A program made the translations under genes and the position numbers. A stretch of DNA of 64,000 bases from an uncultured Actinomycetes bacterium (GTDB lineage: Bacteria > Actinomycetota > UBA4738 > HRBIN12). Numbering within the stretch: the first letter of the stretch is position 1; each line of letters opens with the position of its first letter. The DNA is taken from positions 1,664,001 through 1,728,000 of the forward strand of contig OY969934.1 of assembly GCA_963704725.1 (NCBI GenBank), given 5' to 3'. Below the pieces are notes generated by a model, which worked only from the letters and a program-made list of their open reading frames with translations, did no database searches and had not been told where the DNA came from. Below are positions 38,242 through 47,959 of the stretch, one piece after another.

Positions 38242-38604
38242 TCAGCTGCCCGTCGGGTGATGGTCGGCGTGCGATCCCCAGGGTCCGGCGGAGCCCGTCC
38301 ACGGCGCCGTGCCGCCCATCATGCCGCCCATGCCCGAGGTCCCCTCCATCATCTGCGACATCTGCTCGTGCAGGGCGTCGCACTGGGCCGCGAGCTCGGC
38401 CGGCATCTGGTCGTGGAGCTGCCGCATCGCGGCCGAGTCGTGCATCGCGTCCATCGTCGCGGTCGACGGGGTGCCGTCCATCATCGACCCCATCGATCCC
38501 GGCCCGCCTCCGGTCGTCCACCCCGTGGATCCGTGGGCGAACCCGAGCGTCAGGGCGAGCACGAAGCCGAGCGCCGCCCCGAGCACGATCCATCGTCCCT
38601 TCAT
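38242..38604 (-). CDS. Exported Met/His-rich protein, putative copper binder
   Basis: Signal/TM, MDAMHD...MRQLHDQM...CDALHEQMSQMM...MGGMMGG, HADHH; AAGGAGG SD. Confidence 0.75.
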   Translation of the reverse strand: MKGRWIVLGAALGFVLALTLGFAHGSTGWTTGGGPGSMGSMMDGTPSTATMDAMHDSAAMRQLHDQMPAELAAQCDALHEQMSQMMEGTSGMGGMMGGTAPWTGSAGPWGSHADHHPTGS

Positions 38605-40028
38605 CGTGAACCTCCTTGTTCTGCCCCGACCGTAGCCGGGGGCGATGAAGGCTCGATGAAGGCGCCGCGCGGGTGCGATGAGGGGCCGGGAAGCCGCACG
38701 GTGAAGGTGGTGCCGTGGCCGAGCTCGCTGGCGGCGACCAGCTCACCCCCGTGGGCGAGCACGAGCTCCCGGGCCACGGTCAGGCCGATGCCGGAGCCTC
38801 GGGCGCGAACCCCGCTGCCCCGGAAGAACCGGTCGAAGACCCTGGGGAGCTCGTCGGGAGAGATCCCGGGTCCGGTGTCGGAGACGGCGATCACGGCGTC
38901 GTCCCCGTCGCGGCGAAGACTGAGGCGCACCTCGCCCTTCTCAGGGGTGAACTTGAGGGCGTTCGAGAGGAGGTTCGCGATCATCTGGCGGATCCGGGTG
39001 GCATCGGCCGGGATCTCGACGTCCTCGAGCTCGCCGGACAGGCGGACGTCGCCCGCCTCGAAGGGCCCCTCGAACTCCCTCATCGCGTCCTCGATCACGT
39101 CTCGCAGCCGCGTCGACGTCCGGTTGAGCGAGAACCCGGCCGCATCTGCCGAGGCCAGCGTCTCCAGGTCTCCGACGAGCCGGGTCAGGCGGAGCGACTC
39201 CTCGTGCAGGGACGCGATGGCGGGGGAGCTGGGCTCGACGACGCCGTCCTGGATCCCCTCGATCTGCGTGCGAAGGATCGCGAGCGGGGTGCGCAGCTCG
39301 TGCGCGACCTCCGCCGCGAACGCGCGCCGGAGCCGATCCTCCTCCTCGATCGTGTCGGCCATCGAGTTGAAGGCCCTGGCCATCTCCCCGAGCTCGTCCG
39401 GTGAGTCGTCGTCCACCCGCTGCGATCGCTCGCCGCTCGCCATGGCCCGGGCCGCTCGGGTGAGCTCGCGGGCCGGCGCCGTGGCCTTGCGCGCGAGCAC
39501 GAGTCCCGCGGCCAGGGCCGCGAGCGCCGCCGCGACGCCGCCGACGAGGAGCATGTGGTTGACCGACGACCGGAAGGCCAGATCCTGGGGGAGCAACCCG
39601 GGGGTGGGGAGCCGGACGAGCGCGGTCCCCACGACCACTCCGTCGACGCTGATCGGCAGCCGACGGGTGGGCCCAAGCGGCCCGCTCCCCATCATCTGGC
39701 GGTGCATCGCCGAGACGCGTCCGCCCTCACCCGCGGATGGCTCCCAGACGGCGATCCCGTCGGCATCGAGGAGTCGCAGGGTGCCGCCGTCCATCATGGC
39801 GAGCGACTCCAGCGTGCGAAGGTCGGTGGCGTTCCAGCCCCCCATGCGCTCGTACGAGTCGGCCAGCCCGGCGACCAGCTGCTCCTGCCGCGCGCGTTGC
39901 TGGTCCTCGAGATAGGAGGAGAACCGGCTTTCGAAGGAGACGTTGACGAGGATCGCCGTGAGCGCCGCCGCCGCGATCCCGACGCCCGTGAACGCCGCGG
40001 CGAGGCGGAGCGCGAACGACCTACGCAT
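38601..40028 (-). CDS. HAMP sensor histidine kinase (BaeS/CopS-like)
   Basis: Two TMs flanking a sensor with MMDGG and MHRQMMG; HAMP DELGEMA; AHELRTPL; GSGIGL. Confidence 0.92.
   Translation of the reverse strand: MRRSFALRLAAAFTGVGIAAAALTAILVNVSFESRFSSYLEDQQRARQEQLVAGLADSYERMGGWNATDLRTLESLAMMDGGTLRLLDADGIAVWEPSAGEGGRVSAMHRQMMGSGPLGPTRRLPISVDGVVVGTALVRLPTPGLLPQDLAFRSSVNHMLLVGGVAAALAALAAGLVLARKATAPARELTRAARAMASGERSQRVDDDSPDELGEMARAFNSMADTIEEEDRLRRAFAAEVAHELRTPLAILRTQIEGIQDGVVEPSSPAIASLHEESLRLTRLVGDLETLASADAAGFSLNRTSTRLRDVIEDAMREFEGPFEAGDVRLSGELEDVEIPADATRIRQMIANLLSNALKFTPEKGEVRLSLRRDGDDAVIAVSDTGPGISPDELPRVFDRFFRGSGVRARGSGIGLTVARELVLAHGGELVAASELGHGTTFTVRLPGPSSHPRGAFIEPSSPPATVGAEQGGSR
38629..38683 (-). 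promoter_or_regulatory. Internal promoter with 11-bp-phased OmpR-family binding repeats
   Basis: Plus strand ATGAAG(38645), ATGAAG(38656), GCGCGG(38667), ATGAGG(38678); minus-strand -10 TACGGT at 38629-38634. Confidence 0.7.
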
Positions 40029-40719
40029 CGGCCCTGGGGCCGAACTTGTAGCCGACGCCCGGGACCGTGAGGACGAATCGAGGCTCCTTCGGATCGTCGC
40101 CCAGCTTGCGCCGGAGGTTCTTGACGTGAGCATCGATGGTGCGCTCGTACCCCTCGTAGTCGTACCCCTGCACCTTGGTGACGAGCTCGTAGCGTGAGAA
40201 CGCCCTGCCGGGATGAGCGGCCAGCGCCAGGAGCAGGTCGAACTCGCTCCGGGTGAGGTCGGCGGGCCTGCCGTCGACCGAAACCTCCCGACCGACCCGA
40301 TCGATCACGAGCGCGCCGGATGCGAACGACGCGGGGCGGTCCTCTCTGCTCCCGCCCGCGCGCCGGAGCACGGCCTCCACCCTGGCGACGAGCTCACGTG
40401 GGCTGAAGGGCTTGACGAGATAGTCGTCCGCGCCCAGTCGCAGCCCGTTCACGCGGTCGTCCTCCGAGGACTTAGCGGTGAGCATGATGACCGGGAGATC
40501 GGAATGAGCCCGGATCGACCGTGCGACCTCCTCGCCGGCGATGTCCGGAAGCATGAGGTCGAGCACGAGCAGGTCGGGATGGGCTCGCTCCACCGCCTCG
40601 AGCGCCCGCGCGCCCGTGTCGGCGACGAGGACGGAGTACCCCTCGCGCTCCAGGTATGAGCGGACGAGCTCCCGGATCTTCCGCTCGTCGTCCGCGACGA
40701 CGATCGTGGCCGTTCCCAT
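40021..40719 (-). CDS. OmpR-family response regulator
   Basis: VVADDE, LVLDLMLP, MLTA, GADDYLVKPFSPREL, ERTIDAHVKNLRRK. Confidence 0.95.
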   Translation of the reverse strand: MGTATIVVADDERKIRELVRSYLEREGYSVLVADTGARALEAVERAHPDLLVLDLMLPDIAGEEVARSIRAHSDLPVIMLTAKSSEDDRVNGLRLGADDYLVKPFSPRELVARVEAVLRRAGGSREDRPASFASGALVIDRVGREVSVDGRPADLTRSEFDLLLALAAHPGRAFSRYELVTKVQGYDYEGYERTIDAHVKNLRRKLGDDPKEPRFVLTVPGVGYKFGPRADA

Positions 40720-40822
40720 GGTCGGCACCTCATCGGTCTGTCGTGACGTCTCAGGGTGCGGCCCTGCTCCCGGACCCTTCAGGGCCGGCAGGCCCCGGCG
40801 GCGGGGGTCGATCGGCCCGGCC

Positions 40823-41488
40823 TCAGTCGAGTTCCGGGAGCGCATCGAGCAGGTCCCTCGCCGACACGAACATCGACGGGTACTCCTGCGTCCAGCGGAT
40901 CCGTCCCGCGGCGTCGACGAGCACGAAGCCGTGGCCCGGGAGGTTGGCGTGCATGCCGTGGCCGATCATCCCGTACGCCTGGGAGACCGAGGTGTCGGCA
41001 TCGCTCAGGTACGGCGTTGTGATGCCGAAGCGCTGGAGCTCGGGCACAACGTCGCTCACTGGGTTCGCCACGATCGGGACGACCTCGATCCCCGCGGCGG
41101 CGAATCCGTCGGCGTCCTTCTCGATCTCGGTCATCTGGTAGAAGCACGCGTCGCAGCCGACTCCCTCGTTGAAGTACAGGAGCACGTTGCGTCCCAGGAA
41201 GCTCGAGATCGACACGCTCGTCCCCGACGTGGACGGAAGCGTGAACGCCGGAGCGGCCCCTTGGGCCCCTCCCGCCGGGGCCTGGCGCCCGCCGAAGTAC
41301 AGCATCAGCCCCAGGGCCGCGATCGCGGCGACACCGACGAGCGGACCGAAGGGGCTGCGCTTACGCGCGACCCCCCGGGATCGCCTCCTCCGCGTGCCGG
41401 CCGGTCTCTGCCCGGGGTGCGTGGCAGTGGGCTTCGCTCGATGGGGGGGTTCCCAGCGGGCTCGCTTCCCCTTCGTCTTGGTGGTCAT
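40823..41488 (-). CDS. Membrane-anchored thioredoxin-fold redoxin (AhpC/TSA/TlpA-like)
   Basis: Basic N-tail, TM, APAFTL...VLLYFNEGVGCDAC, HGMHANLPGHGFVLVD; GGAGGA SD. Confidence 0.85.
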   Translation of the reverse strand: MTTKTKGKRARWEPPHRAKPTATHPGQRPAGTRRRRSRGVARKRSPFGPLVGVAAIAALGLMLYFGGRQAPAGGAQGAAPAFTLPSTSGTSVSISSFLGRNVLLYFNEGVGCDACFYQMTEIEKDADGFAAAGIEVVPIVANPVSDVVPELQRFGITTPYLSDADTSVSQAYGMIGHGMHANLPGHGFVLVDAAGRIRWTQEYPSMFVSARDLLDALPELD

Positions 41489-42368
41489 GATCGGGTCCTC
41501 CTGAGGGTTCGGCGGAGCGGTGTCGGAGCGCGACGGCCATGAAGGCGCCGGCCAGTGCGAGCAGGCCGAGGCCGAGGACCGCATCGGGGACGGGGTCGAG
41601 GAACCTGACGACCCGGACGGACTCCGACGACAGCCAGCGGCCGATGGCGAGCTGGAACCCCGGCGCCACGGTCGTGTCGCCCCGGACGGCGATGAAGAGC
41701 ACGAAGAAGCCCATCGCGGCGAAGGCCGCGGCGACCGCGATGTTCACGGTGTTCGTGGCGACCCGGACCGGTCCGAGCCGGATCGCGACCGGCTTGGCCC
41801 GGAACAGGCGCCGCTCGCCGAGCTTGAGGCGGTCCCAGAACAGCGCCATGAGGAGCAGTGGGAAGACCATCCCGAACACGTAGGCCGCACCGAGCGTCGT
41901 CGCTCCGATCAGCGAGCCGGAGAGCGCCGACAGGGTCATGACCCCGGCGAGCACAGGAGCGCAGCACGACGAGGCCACGCCGGAGAAGACGCCGAGGGCG
42001 TAGACGCCGGCCGCGTCGGTCCGGCGGACGGAGGGCGCGCGGATGAAGGACGGGAGGCTCCAGGTGTGCCCGGAGAAGGCGAGCGCGGCGAGCGCGAGCA
42101 TCAGGATTCCGCCGCCGAGGAAGAAGCCGAGGTGGTACCGGGCGAGCGTCGTCGAGACGAACCCGATGCCGAGGGTCACGGGCAGCAGCACGGTCCCGAT
42201 CCCGAGGGCGAAGACGAACGTGAGCGGCAGCAGGCGCCACCGCCGCGCCTGGACCGCGGAGGCCAGGTACGCCGGAAAGAGGAACACGATGCAGCACGGG
42301 CTGAACAGCGCGATGCCGCCCGCGAAGAACGCGGCGAGGATCGATCCGGTCGTGAGCAGACCGCCCAT
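41361..42368 (-). CDS. ccdA: CcdA/DsbD-beta-type thiol-disulfide membrane transporter
   Basis: ALFSPCCIVFLFPAY and SSCCAPVLAG redox Cys motifs, YVFGMVFPL; His/acidic C-tail. Confidence 0.85.
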   Translation of the reverse strand: MGGLLTTGSILAAFFAGGIALFSPCCIVFLFPAYLASAVQARRWRLLPLTFVFALGIGTVLLPVTLGIGFVSTTLARYHLGFFLGGGILMLALAALAFSGHTWSLPSFIRAPSVRRTDAAGVYALGVFSGVASSCCAPVLAGVMTLSALSGSLIGATTLGAAYVFGMVFPLLLMALFWDRLKLGERRLFRAKPVAIRLGPVRVATNTVNIAVAAAFAAMGFFVLFIAVRGDTTVAPGFQLAIGRWLSSESVRVVRFLDPVPDAVLGLGLLALAGAFMAVALRHRSAEPSGGPDHDHQDEGEASPLGTPPSSEAHCHAPRAETGRHAEEAIPGGRA

Positions 42369-42628
42369 CAGATCCGCTCGACCGTTCGCTCGAGCACCTT
42401 CCGGAGCTTCTTCGCGGGAAGCCGTCCCGAGCTGAACGGGGTCCCGTCCACGAGCACGAGCGGCCACATCCCCGGCCGGTGCCGCTCCACGAGCTCGAGC
42501 CCGTCTTGCGATGCCGCATCGAGCTCCCGGACCCGCAGTGGGAACTCGGCCCCGAGCTCCGCCAGTCGGGCCCGAGCGTCGGCGCAGAAGTGGCATCCGA
42601 GCGCGGTCACGAGCACCACGTCGGTCAT
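42368..42628 (-). CDS. Glutaredoxin-like protein
   Basis: GCHFC, cis-Pro motif WPLVLVDG, GRL. Confidence 0.85.
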   Translation of the reverse strand: MTDVVLVTALGCHFCADARARLAELGAEFPLRVRELDAASQDGLELVERHRPGMWPLVLVDGTPFSSGRLPAKKLRKVLERTVERI

Positions 42629-42879
42629 CGGCGCGATCCGCGGACCCAGGCGTCGGGGGACGGTCGCCGGATGCGGTAGGGCATCCACAGCAGGAGCGGG
42701 AACCACAGCAGCAGGCCCGCGAGCAGGAACGACACGAGCGGTGCCCCCAGGACGATCGCGGCGAGGAGCCCGCTGCCGATCCCGCTCATGACGGCCACGG
42801 CGAGCACACGGGTCGAACGCCAGCCGCTTGGGCGGGCGCCGGCCCGGAGATCGTGCCGGATGGCTCGAAGCTCTCTCAT
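42625..42879 (-). CDS. Small two-TM membrane protein
   Basis: Two hydrophobic segments; ATGA coupling to the glutaredoxin; start uncertain. Confidence 0.55.
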   Translation of the reverse strand: MRELRAIRHDLRAGARPSGWRSTRVLAVAVMSGIGSGLLAAIVLGAPLVSFLLAGLLLWFPLLLWMPYRIRRPSPDAWVRGSRR

Positions 42880-42887
42880 CGGTGACC

Positions 42888-42942
42888 AGCTTCGGTTCCG
42901 GCTGTGAAGGAGCGGTGAAGCGAGGGCGAAAGCCGGATGAGG
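42888..42942 (-). promoter_or_regulatory. Second 11-bp-phased response-regulator array at the redox operon promoter
   Basis: Plus strand GTGAAG(42904), GTGAAG(42915), GCGAAA(42926), ATGAGG(42937); weak minus-strand -10 GAAGCT at the same offset as in the 38.6 kb site. Confidence 0.65.
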
Positions 42943-42964
42943 AGGTCCGAGGGTGCCGGCCCGT

Positions 42965-42993
42965 TTGCTTAGGATACCCCCCTATGGTATGCT
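42965..42993 (+). promoter_or_regulatory. csoR promoter containing a CsoR operator
   Basis: TTGCTT-N17-TATGCT enclosing ATACC-CCCCTAT-GGTAT (TAC/GTA inverted repeat with C-tract). Confidence 0.85.
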
Positions 42994-43027
42994 GCTCGGG
43001 CAGGTGCCCACGAAAGGAGCGTCCGCC

Positions 43028-43303
43028 GTGGCCGGGTACAGCATGAACAAGAAGGACCTCCAGGATCGCCTGCGGCGGATCGAGGGGCAGATCCGGGGTC
43101 TCCAGCGGATGGTGGAGGCCGACCAGTACTGCATCGACATCCTGACCCAGGTGAACTCGGCAACGGCGGCACTCAAGTCGGTCGGCATGGGGCTCCTCGA
43201 CGACCACGTGCGCCACTGCGTGAAGGAGAGCATCGAGGCCGGCAGGAGCGACGAGAAGGTCGAGGAGCTGCTGGCCGCGGTGGCTCGGTTCGCGGGGAAG
43301 TGA
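43028..43303 (+). CDS. csoR: Copper-sensing repressor CsoR
   Basis: [28 protein letters not shown] (C-H-C ligand set). Confidence 0.93.
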   Translation: MAGYSMNKKDLQDRLRRIEGQIRGLQRMVEADQYCIDILTQVNSATAALKSVGMGLLDDHVRHCVKESIEAGRSDEKVEELLAAVARFAGK

Positions 43304-45459
43304 CGGAGATGGCCGAGACCACGATCGGCGACGACGTCCGCGAGCTCCGGCTCGACGTTCTCGGTATGACCTGCGGCTCCTGCGCCGCGCGGGTCGAGAA
43401 GACCCTGAACAAACAGGCGGGCGTGGAGGCGTCCGTGAACTTCGCGACGGGGGAGGCGCTCGTCCGTCTCTCGAACGGTGCACCCACCTTCGACCTACTT
43501 CGCGAGGCGGTGCGGGCTCGCGGGTACGACGTGCGCGAGCATGTCGACGAGGCCGAGGAGGCCGCTCGACGTGACGAGCGGGCCTGGCTGCGGCGCCTGG
43601 TCATCGCCTGGCCCCTCGCCATCGTCACGATGGCCATCTCGATCCCCTTCATGGAGCAGACGTGGGCCCGGTGGACCGCGCTCGCGCTGGCCGCGCCGGT
43701 GCAGTTCTACGCGGGCTGGCCCTTCCTGAAGGGGGCGGCCATCCGCGCACGGAACTTCAGCGCCAACATGGACACGCTGATCGCGGTGGGCACGCTCGCC
43801 GCGTTCGCGTACTCGGTGTGGGCCCTGTTCGGCACCGAGGACCTGTACTTCGACACCTCGGCGGTGATCGTCGCCTTCATCGCGCTCGGCCGGTGGCTCG
43901 AAGCGCGGGCGAAGGGCCGGGCGTCGCAGGCCATCAAGCGGCTGCTCGAGATGGGGGCCAAGGAGGCTCGCGTCCTGCGCGACGACAAGGAGCTCCGGCT
44001 GCCGGTCGACGCCGTCAAGGTGGGGTGGCTCGTGAAAGTCCTTCCGGGCGAGAAGATCCCGGTGGACGGCCGCGTCGTCGACGGGGCCTCGGCGGTGGAC
44101 GAGTCGATGCTCACCGGCGAGTCGGTGCCGGTCGAGAAGACCACCGGCGACGACGTGGCCGGGGCGACCGTCAACCTCGACGGCGTGATGGTGATCGAGG
44201 CGACGCGCGTCGGGCAGGACACGGCGCTCGCGCAGATCGCCCGGCTCGTCGCCGAGGCGCAGGGCTCGAAGGCGCCGATCCAGCGCCTGGCCGACCAGGT
44301 GGCGGGGATCTTCGTCCCCGTCGTCATCGCGATCGCCGCGGTCACCGCGGTGGGGTGGTACCTGGTGGACGGGACCGTGCGCGACGCGCTCGTGCCCGCC
44401 GTCGCCGTCCTCATCATCGCGTGCCCCTGCGCGCTCGGGCTGGCCACGCCGGCCGCGCTGATGGTCGGCACGGGGCGGGGAGCTCAGCTCGGAGTCCTGA
44501 TCCGGGGCGCCGAGGTCCTCGAGCGCTCGCGCAAGGTGGACACGATCGTCTTCGACAAGACCGGGACGCTCACCGAGGGCCGGATGCGGCTGGTCGAGAC
44601 GGCCGGCTGCGTCGAGACCCTGGAGCGTGCGGCCGCCGTCGAGGCCGGGAGCGAGCACCCCATCGCCCGCGCGGTCGTCGAGGGCGCCGCCCGGCGCGGG
44701 GTCGTCGTTCCGGCCGCAGAGGGTTTCCGCTCGATCGCGGGTCGCGGTGCCCGGGCGACCGTGGACGGGCACGAGGTTCTGGTGGGGCGACGTTCGCTGC
44801 TCGAGTCCGAGGGACTGCACGTCCCGCCGTCGATCGAGCGCTACGCCGGAGGGTTCGAGGCCCAGGGTCACACGGTGTTCTGGGTCGGGTGGGGCGGCGA
44901 GGCGGCCGGGGTCGTCGCGGTCGCCGACACCCTGAAGGAGGGCGCGAACGAGGCGGTCACCCGGTTGCACGGGCTCGGCGTCCGCGTCGCGATGATCACC
45001 GGCGACAACCGCACCACCGCCGAGGCGATCGCGTCGCAGGTGGGCATCGATCGGGTCCTGGCCGAGGTGCACCCCGAGGACAAGGTCGAGGAGATCCGCC
45101 GGCTCCAGGGCGAGGGGCACGTCGTCGCCATGGTCGGCGACGGGATCAACGACGGGCCCGCGCTCGCTCAGGCCGACCTGGGCATCGCCATCGGTACCGG
45201 CACGGACGTCGCGATCGAGGCGAGCGACATCACGCTCATCTCCGGGGACCTGGACGGCGTCGTGCGCGCCGTCGAGCTCTCGCGGACGACGTTCCGGACG
45301 ATCCAACAGAACCTGGCCTGGGCGTTCGGCTACAACGTGGCCGCGATCCCGCTCGCCGCGTTCGGGCTGTTGAACCCCATCATCGCCGGGGCGGCGATGG
45401 CGGCCTCGTCGGTGTCCGTGCTGACGAACTCGTTGCGGTTGCGGCGGTTCGGGAGATGA
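43300..45459 (+). CDS. copA: Cu(I)-exporting P1B-1 ATPase
   Basis: HMA GMTCGSC, CPC, DKTGT, SEHP, YN, MAASS. Confidence 0.93.
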   Translation: MTEMAETTIGDDVRELRLDVLGMTCGSCAARVEKTLNKQAGVEASVNFATGEALVRLSNGAPTFDLLREAVRARGYDVREHVDEAEEAARRDERAWLRRLVIAWPLAIVTMAISIPFMEQTWARWTALALAAPVQFYAGWPFLKGAAIRARNFSANMDTLIAVGTLAAFAYSVWALFGTEDLYFDTSAVIVAFIALGRWLEARAKGRASQAIKRLLEMGAKEARVLRDDKELRLPVDAVKVGWLVKVLPGEKIPVDGRVVDGASAVDESMLTGESVPVEKTTGDDVAGATVNLDGVMVIEATRVGQDTALAQIARLVAEAQGSKAPIQRLADQVAGIFVPVVIAIAAVTAVGWYLVDGTVRDALVPAVAVLIIACPCALGLATPAALMVGTGRGAQLGVLIRGAEVLERSRKVDTIVFDKTGTLTEGRMRLVETAGCVETLERAAAVEAGSEHPIARAVVEGAARRGVVVPAAEGFRSIAGRGARATVDGHEVLVGRRSLLESEGLHVPPSIERYAGGFEAQGHTVFWVGWGGEAAGVVAVADTLKEGANEAVTRLHGLGVRVAMITGDNRTTAEAIASQVGIDRVLAEVHPEDKVEEIRRLQGEGHVVAMVGDGINDGPALAQADLGIAIGTGTDVAIEASDITLISGDLDGVVRAVELSRTTFRTIQQNLAWAFGYNVAAIPLAAFGLLNPIIAGAAMAASSVSVLTNSLRLRRFGR

Positions 45460-47876
45460 GGCACCCCACGGATCACCACGGGCCGGCGACGGTGGTTCTC
45501 CACGTCGGCGGGCTCAACTGGGCCTCCCAGAAGGGCGTGGCAGAGACCGTCCTCAGGCGCCGGCCCGGCGTGACCTCCGTCGACGCGAACCCCGTGGCTC
45601 AGACCGCCACCGTCACCTTCGACCCGGCACGAACGTCCGTGGCGGACCTTCAACGGTGGTTGCGGGAGTGCGGGCTCCAGTGCGCCGGGCAGTCGGTCCC
45701 CACGCACCTCTGCGACCCCATGGCGGAGCCGGTCACCGGAGACGAGAGCCGCGAGACCGCGATGGAGCACGGAGGCCACGAGATGGCGACGGATGCCGGC
45801 CTTCGCTCGCCGCACGAGACGACGGGGCACGGCGGGGACGCGGGGATGTCGATGGAGCAGATGGTCCGTGACATGCGGAACCGGTTCGTGGTCGCGGCCG
45901 TGCTGTCGGTCCCGATCCTGCTGTGGTCGCCGATCGGGCGGGACGTCATCGGCTTCCACGCCGCAGCGCCCCTCGGCCTCTCGGATGCGTGGTTCCAGCT
46001 CCTGCTGAGCCTGCCGGTCGTCTTCTATTCGGGGTGGATCTTCTTCGACGGCGCGTACCAGGCCCTGCGACACGGAACGCTCGACATGATGGTGCTGGTC
46101 GCGGTGGCGATCGGGGCGGGGTGGTCGTACTCGGTGGTCGCGACGATCGCCGGAGGCGAGGAGGTGTTCTTCGAGGCCGCCGCGGTGCTGGCCGCGTTCG
46201 TGCTCCTGGGGCACTGGTTCGAGATGCGGGCCCGCGGCGGTGCGAACGACGCGATCCGCACGCTGCTCGATCTCGCGCCGGCGATGGCGGTGGTGCTCCG
46301 TGAGGGCGAGCCCGTCGAGATCCCGACGGCCGAGGTGGTCGTGGGTGATCTCCTCCTGGTCCGGCCGGGGAGCAAGATCGCGGTCGACGGGGTCGTCGAG
46401 GAAGGGGAGACCGACGTCGACGAGTCCATGGTCACCGGCGAGAGCTTGCCGGTTCACAAGACATCCGGATCCGGGGTCATCGGCGCGACGATCAACCGGA
46501 ACGGAACGATGCGCGTGCGCGCCACGAAGATCGGGGCCGACACGGCCCTGGCCCAGATCGTGAAGCTCGTCCAGGAGGCCCAGAACTCCAAGGCGCCCGG
46601 ACAGCGGCTCGCCGACCGGGCGGCCTTCTGGCTCGTCCTGGTCGCGCTGATCGGCGGCACCGGGACCCTCCTGGCATGGCTCGCCGCCGGCCGCCCGCTG
46701 GACGAGGCCATCCTGTTCGCCATCACCGTGGTCGTCATCACGTGTCCGGACGCGCTCGGCCTGGCCACTCCCACGGCGATCATGGTCGGCACCGGTCTCG
46801 GCGCCGCCCGGGGCATCCTGTTCAAGAACGCGGTGGCGCTGGAGGAGAGCGCCCGGATCCAGGTCGTCGTCGTGGACAAGACCGGGACCCTGACCAAGGG
46901 GGAGCCGGAGGTCACGGACGTGATCGCCGAAGGCCTCCCGGACGATGACCTCCTCCGCCTCGTGGCCGCGGTCGAGCGGGAGTCCGAGCACCCGCTGGCC
47001 GAGGCGATCGTTCGCCACGCCGACGCCCTGGGGCTCCGGGCCGCCGGGGCCGAGGCGTTCGAGAACGTTCCCGGCCACGGCGCGTTTGCCACCGTCGAAG
47101 GGCGGCGCGTCGCCGTCGGGAACCGCAGGCTCATGGAGCGCGAGGGGATCGCCCTGGGGGCGCTGGAGGACCGCCGCCGGCAGCTCGCGGCGAACGGCAA
47201 GACCGCGGTGATCGCGGCGGTGGACGGCCGCGCGTGCGCGGTCATCGGCGTCGCCGACGCGGTCCGGCCGTCGTCCCGCGCCGCGGTGTCGGCGCTCGCC
47301 GAGACCGGGGTGGAGGTCGTCATGCTGACCGGTGACAACGAGGCCACGGCCGCGCGGATCGCCCGAGAGCTCGGCATCGGCTCGGTCATCGCCGAGGTGC
47401 TCCCCGGCGACAAGGCGGCCAGGATCGCCGAGCTCCAGCGCGGCGGGCGCCGGGTGGCCATGGTCGGCGACGGCGTGAACGACGCGCCGGCGCTCGCGCA
47501 GGCCGACCTCGGCATCGCCATCGGCGCCGGGACGGACGTCGCGATCGAGACGGCGGACGTGGTCCTGATGCGCTCCGACCCGCTCGACGTGGCGACGGCG
47601 CTGCGGATCGGGCGAGGGACGCTCCGGAAGATGCGGCAGAACCTGGGCTGGGCCGTGGGCTACAACGCCATCGCCCTGCCCATCGCGGCGGGGGTCTTCG
47701 AGCCCGCCTTCGGGCTCACGCTGCGCCCGGAGATCGCCGCCCTCTCGATGTCGGGCTCGAGCCTGATCGTGGCCGTGAACGCGCTCGCGCTGCGGAGACT
47801 CCGACTGCCCCGCGCGGTGGGTGATGGGGGCGAGACGGCCCCGGCGACGGTGGAGCTCGTGGAGCGGGCGGCGTGA
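45456..47876 (+). CDS. Second P1B ATPase with atypical CPD motif (CopB-like)
   Basis: [27 protein letters not shown]; N-terminal HMA fold lacking CxxC, then [15 protein letters not shown] and a Met/His-rich linker. Confidence 0.9.
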   Translation: MRHPTDHHGPATVVLHVGGLNWASQKGVAETVLRRRPGVTSVDANPVAQTATVTFDPARTSVADLQRWLRECGLQCAGQSVPTHLCDPMAEPVTGDESRETAMEHGGHEMATDAGLRSPHETTGHGGDAGMSMEQMVRDMRNRFVVAAVLSVPILLWSPIGRDVIGFHAAAPLGLSDAWFQLLLSLPVVFYSGWIFFDGAYQALRHGTLDMMVLVAVAIGAGWSYSVVATIAGGEEVFFEAAAVLAAFVLLGHWFEMRARGGANDAIRTLLDLAPAMAVVLREGEPVEIPTAEVVVGDLLLVRPGSKIAVDGVVEEGETDVDESMVTGESLPVHKTSGSGVIGATINRNGTMRVRATKIGADTALAQIVKLVQEAQNSKAPGQRLADRAAFWLVLVALIGGTGTLLAWLAAGRPLDEAILFAITVVVITCPDALGLATPTAIMVGTGLGAARGILFKNAVALEESARIQVVVVDKTGTLTKGEPEVTDVIAEGLPDDDLLRLVAAVERESEHPLAEAIVRHADALGLRAAGAEAFENVPGHGAFATVEGRRVAVGNRRLMEREGIALGALEDRRRQLAANGKTAVIAAVDGRACAVIGVADAVRPSSRAAVSALAETGVEVVMLTGDNEATAARIARELGIGSVIAEVLPGDKAARIAELQRGGRRVAMVGDGVNDAPALAQADLGIAIGAGTDVAIETADVVLMRSDPLDVATALRIGRGTLRKMRQNLGWAVGYNAIALPIAAGVFEPAFGLTLRPEIAALSMSGSSLIVAVNALALRRLRLPRAVGDGGETAPATVELVERAA

Positions 47877-47883
47877 GCGCCGA

Positions 47884-47911
47884 GGAATCCCGAGCGCTCC
47901 CTCGGGTGTTG
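47884..47911 (+). promoter_or_regulatory. SigR/SigH-type ECF promoter candidate
   Basis: GGAAT-N19-GTTG upstream of a thioredoxin-domain gene. Confidence 0.55.
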
Positions 47912-47959
47912 GCAAGGGGGGGAACGTGGCGAACGTGAGTACTCTGAGTGGAGGAACGG

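Noticed and set aside
41361-42368. CcdA plus redoxin as a cytochrome c maturation system II locus
   Set aside because: No ResB/ResC heme lyase or CxxCH cytochrome in the cluster; the context is copper homeostasis.
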